Source: Eledone cirrhosa (Eukaryota). From it: 64,000 nt of DNA. The DNA lies in the NCBI GenBank assembly GCA_964016885.1, contig CAXHJY010000967.1, positions 1-64,000 on the forward strand. Direction: 5' to 3'. The position numbers were made by a program, and so were the translations under genes. The notes beneath the pieces were generated by a model that worked only from the letters and a program-made list of their open reading frames with translations, searched no databases and was not told the origin of the DNA. Positions 59,787 to 64,000 of this stretch are shown in pieces (the first letter of the stretch is position 1; each line of letters begins with the position of its first letter).

Positions 59787-59940
59787 TACTTAATACATTA
59801 GTAGAGTGTAAACAACAAATTTAATATAGAACTGGCTTCTACAGGACTAGAATAGTTTTATTTGAATGAAACAGTTCTAGTCCTGTAGAAGCCATTTCTA
59901 TATTAAATTTGTTGTTTACACTTTACTAATGTATTAAGTA
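59787..59940. repeat. Hairpin palindrome derived from a Penelope-like terminus
   Basis: TACTTAATACATTAGT../..ACTAATGTATTAAGTA arms; homologous to 2541-2650. Confidence 0.75.
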
Positions 59941-60048
59941 TCTTATATATATATATATATATATAAAAATCAGAATGGATACAGTAAAAACCAGTTAGAC
60001 CATTACTCACCAGAGTACTCGATACTTGGGGTAGTAGAGTATGGTAAT

Positions 60049-60172
60049 ATGAAGGAATCGAGACCCTGGCAGCTGAGCTCCAGTTATTTCAACAGCTAGT
60101 TCTGAACAGCAGAGTTTGAAACTAGCTGTTGAAACAGCAGGAGCTCAGCCATTGGGGCCCCAATTCCTTCAT
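60049..60172. repeat. Imperfect inverted repeat between (TA)n tracts
   Basis: ATGAAGGAAT..GCTGAGCTCC..TTTCAACAGCTAGTT versus AACTAGCTGTTGAAA..GGAGCTCAGC..ATTCCTTCAT. Confidence 0.7.
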
Positions 60173-60207
<35 letters not shown>

Positions 60208-63200
60208 AAAAATTCTTTTTGGCAAGCAAATTAAAAAAAAATGTATGTAGATATGAATGAAGAAAGAAATAATAAAAAAAAATAAAGCAAATGATAGATC
60301 AAGCAGAGATGACAGGGCAATGCTAATAAGTAATTAACAAATTATTTGGTACAAATTGCTAAAATCATTTATTCAGTATTTCCTAGAAGTTTTGAGTGAT
60401 ATAATACATCATACAGGCAGGTAAAGTAGTTTAGCCTGCTCACTAATGTGATGGTTATTCAGAATTGGTATGGATTATTAAAACTTAGATCTAGAGAACA
60501 AGTGGACGAAGAAAGTATGCAGCCCAGCTTACAATCTGCTATGAACACATTTGTGAAGAAAGTACAGGATGGGTGTTGGGGATAGTGGTGGGGGAGAAGA
60601 TTTGGAATGGAGGGGGGGGGTCAATTCAGTAGTGGTAGTGGAGATGGGGAAAGGAGCAGTGGCCACTGGACAATGGTAAAGAATTGATGTTGTTTTAATA
60701 AGAGATTACAACCTCCTGCATCCAGCTTTTTTTTTTGAAATTATTCTTGTCAGTTTTCTTTTTAGTGGCACCACCAAAACTACCATTTATTTCATTTTAT
60801 TTTTGTAATTTTTGTTTGTTTTTTTTTTGTTTTGTTTTTTAAATATCAATTAGTATTTAGTGGCTGGTATCTTGCTCTGCAACACAAAACTTCTCATGCC
60901 ATAACAGTCACATGAAGAAATAATGTACTGCACAGCTTTATATACCCAGCTTTCAAATGATGAACTCTTGCAGATATGACAGATTGCACATCTAGGCAAA
61001 CATACATATCTTAATAAAATTCTTTTTTTTTTTTTTTTGCAATTTTAATTTTCACACTTTCAAGTTTTTATTCATTTTATATTATTTTAGCTTTTTTACA
61101 TTTTCTTAATGTTTTCTTCATATTCACATTGGCGCTATAAAGCTTAATGCATGTTATTAACATGATGTAGACATTCACAGCCACTCTAATCCATACATCC
61201 TTGTAACCAGTTAGTTTAGTTATACATTTGGTTAACAAATAAAAAATAAAAAAATGCCAGCCATCAAACAAAAGCAAGTCTCAACACACAAGAAAGAGAG
61301 AAAGAGAGCAATGGAAACACACACACATACAATGGTTGGTATAAGGTAGCTAGACCTGAAGTTACTGTACTAATGCAGACTATTTAACAATAAGTTTCTC
61401 AACTAGTCCTTTAACTACCCAAACTTAAAACCAAACTGAATTCAGGACAAATGAATTAAAAGTTAGAGTCTAATAACATGTCTTTTCTCAAAAAGATGTA
61501 GAGGAACATACCATAGCAAATTACTGAGCATTTACAGATTCTACAGTAATTAATAAAACGAAAATTGAATTTCAGCATGGTCTGTTTGTAGAATCAAGAT
61601 GCACCAAAGTATTTATTTAATATCAACCATTATTACTAAAGTATAATGTAACAGTGTAACCCCTAAATACAAGGATAATATCCAAATATGAGTTAAATCC
61701 TTGAGCAACTATAGCTAGGTATCCTGTCATACAACAAAATATGATGGACTAAAGCAAGAAGTCCAATTGCAATGCCCAGTTTATGTTACTTGTCATAATC
61801 TATGTATAGTTAAATGTTAACTACAAATTTAAAACAAAAATGTTCTCCTTGATACAATTGTAAAAGAAAAAAATACTTTCAATTTATTCAATAATGAAGT
61901 AGTAGTAGTAGTAGTTGTAGCAGCGACATTGGCGTCGCCAGCAAATTAACAAATATAAATTCTTCTATATACATCTAGCAATTATAAACATTGAACATGA
62001 TTACTTAACATTGTGGAATATGTGGTGAGGATTGTTTTAGGAAAGCTAGTATAATGGAAATTAGAAATATAAGAGTGAAAACAAGTAAAACAGTTCAACT
62101 TTTACCTTTATTTTATATTACAGGGTTTCTATTTCCTTTCATTGAAAAAGAGATCCTAACCCTGAAATATCGGATAAAAATGTAAACTGTTGCTTTGTTT
62201 TGTTTGTCTTACTTTACTCTAGTTTTTGCTCCTGTATTTCTAATTGGTATTGGACTGGTGTTCCCAAAACAGACAACTTTCAAATTTCTTTATATTATGT
62301 GTCAACTTCTAAATTTGACAAACTTTCTCTCATTGAAACTCTCTCTCTCACACACACACACACACACAAAACACCCATATGCACACTCAAAATACATAAC
62401 CAATAAAAGCTGTGAAGCTTCCCAACAATTGGTCTCTCAGTCTGCCTACAAGAAAATCAGTAACAAAGATACTGATGTTATATATACAAATGATAATGAG
62501 TGTATGACAATGATTACATAATAACAATCTTCACAGTCCTTCAAATGTTAAAGGGAATCTATGAATATAGAATGGAGGCAGTGTATAAACAATTTCTATG
62601 GTTAGAGAGCATATTTAATGAGTTAGCACTACAACATTTGACATCAGAACAAAATTATTTATGCAGTATATATATATATATATATATATATATACCCATG
62701 GTAAAAAATAAAATCCTATTTTACTGGCTGGTGAGTTAAAAAAGTTTGTCAACACCAAAATTGGTCAGTGACTTATTAGGCCAAAGTAAAATCATTCAAA
62801 ACTGATTTCTCACTTAGGCTCAAGACCACAATTCTACAGTTGAGAGGAATGAGATACTGTGATAGTGATATTTATGTCTCTATCTAGAAATGGCATTAGC
62901 AGTATAAATGAAGAACACTGAAAGCCTCCCTGGGAGCTTATTTCCTATCCTATGATACTCATTTACTGGTTCCAGTAACTGGGCTGTAGCCATGTTGGAT
63001 ATCTTTACACTGATATGATACAACACTTCCAAAGAATGAATTAAAATGACCAATGAAACTATGATGAAAATATAATTCATACATGTTGATATCCAATTAT
63101 TACCAATATTATTATTATATAAATATAAGAAATCATTATGATTATTATCATTAGTATTGACATTATTAGCACTGTTACATTACTAAAGCTGAAGTTTATA

Positions 63201-64000
63201 GATTTGTGTGTGCTACATTTCTAGATAAACACCTGGTTATTAACTCTAGTTCTTTCATTATGTATAATTAGGCCTGATAGAGTAGAAGCAGGCTTTTCCA
63301 AATAGAATATGAAGACATTGCAATCAAGGGGTGTCAAATAAACAATTAAAACTTTCCTTTAAAATAGAAACCAAGGAAACTTGTAATGGTTTAAATCAGC
63401 AATAGTCTTGCTCAAAATGTCAGAAATTGATTCATGGTACATAAACTTATTTTATGAATTTCATCCAATTTTCAGACTTATTTAACAACTCAAGAATGGA
63501 AATTGAACCAAACATGATGTCCAATATTAAAATTAAAAACTGAAACCAATATATTAAAAGTTATAGAGACTTATTTAACAAAACCAAAATTGGAATTCTT
63601 TAATACAAGATTGTATGTACTTGATTGCTTTCTATTAGTCAATCTATGAACAAATATGTCTATCTTCACACACTCAATTAACAGTGTCACTCTAAATTGA
63701 AGGATATAATTATAAATTGATTTAAATAATAGTATGGCCTAGTAAAAAGTTACAACAGTGATTTCATTAGTTGATGTTTAAACAATGTAGTATATAAAAC
63801 ATTAATAACTGCTAAATATAGATAAGAAATTAATCTATTACTATAATCAATTTAATACAACTTTAATATAGAAAGTAAAAAAAAAAAAAAAAAAATAAAT
63901 ACACCTTATTCTTATCCTTAAAAAGTTAAGGTTCAACATGTGAGAATATTTTGTGTGTTTAAAGCAGAAATAAAAAAATGGGTAACACTTTACCACTTAA

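Noticed and set aside
60250-64000. Host gene exon or UTR in the AT-rich unique region
   Set aside because: No credible ORF, splice pattern or motif is visible; may be intronic or UTR but unsupported

Overview
Eukaryotic, AT-rich, almost entirely repeat-derived DNA; the SINE repertoire and microsatellite density suggest a cephalopod (octopus-like) genome, which is an inference. No host protein-coding gene can be supported. About 6310-36309 is a near-identical three-copy tandem array of a ~10 kb unit. Each unit holds an inverted pair of type I hammerhead ribozymes, a full-length minus-strand compact (~4.15 kb) Gypsy-type LTR retrotransposon (A, TSD GGGCT) nested in an old RTE LINE, a TGT..ACA foldback MITE, and a related plus-strand element (B) that is complete only in copy 3 and is flanked by a 400-bp direct duplication. 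The standout observation is the primer-binding site: all six 5' LTRs are followed not by TGG but by AGCTATTTCGGC, the exact complement of nucleotides 1-12 (the 5' end) of metazoan tRNA-Phe, suggesting priming by a short 5' tRNA fragment. The elements also carry a GGGAAAC slippery site plus pseudoknot for -1 gag-pol frameshifting. The flanks contain RTE LINEs with a PHD finger inside the RT, further Penelope-type hammerheads, a hAT fossil, CRE-like and R4/Dong-like fossils (the latter in (TATG)n tracts), piggyBac-type MITEs, SINEs and a composite Helitron.
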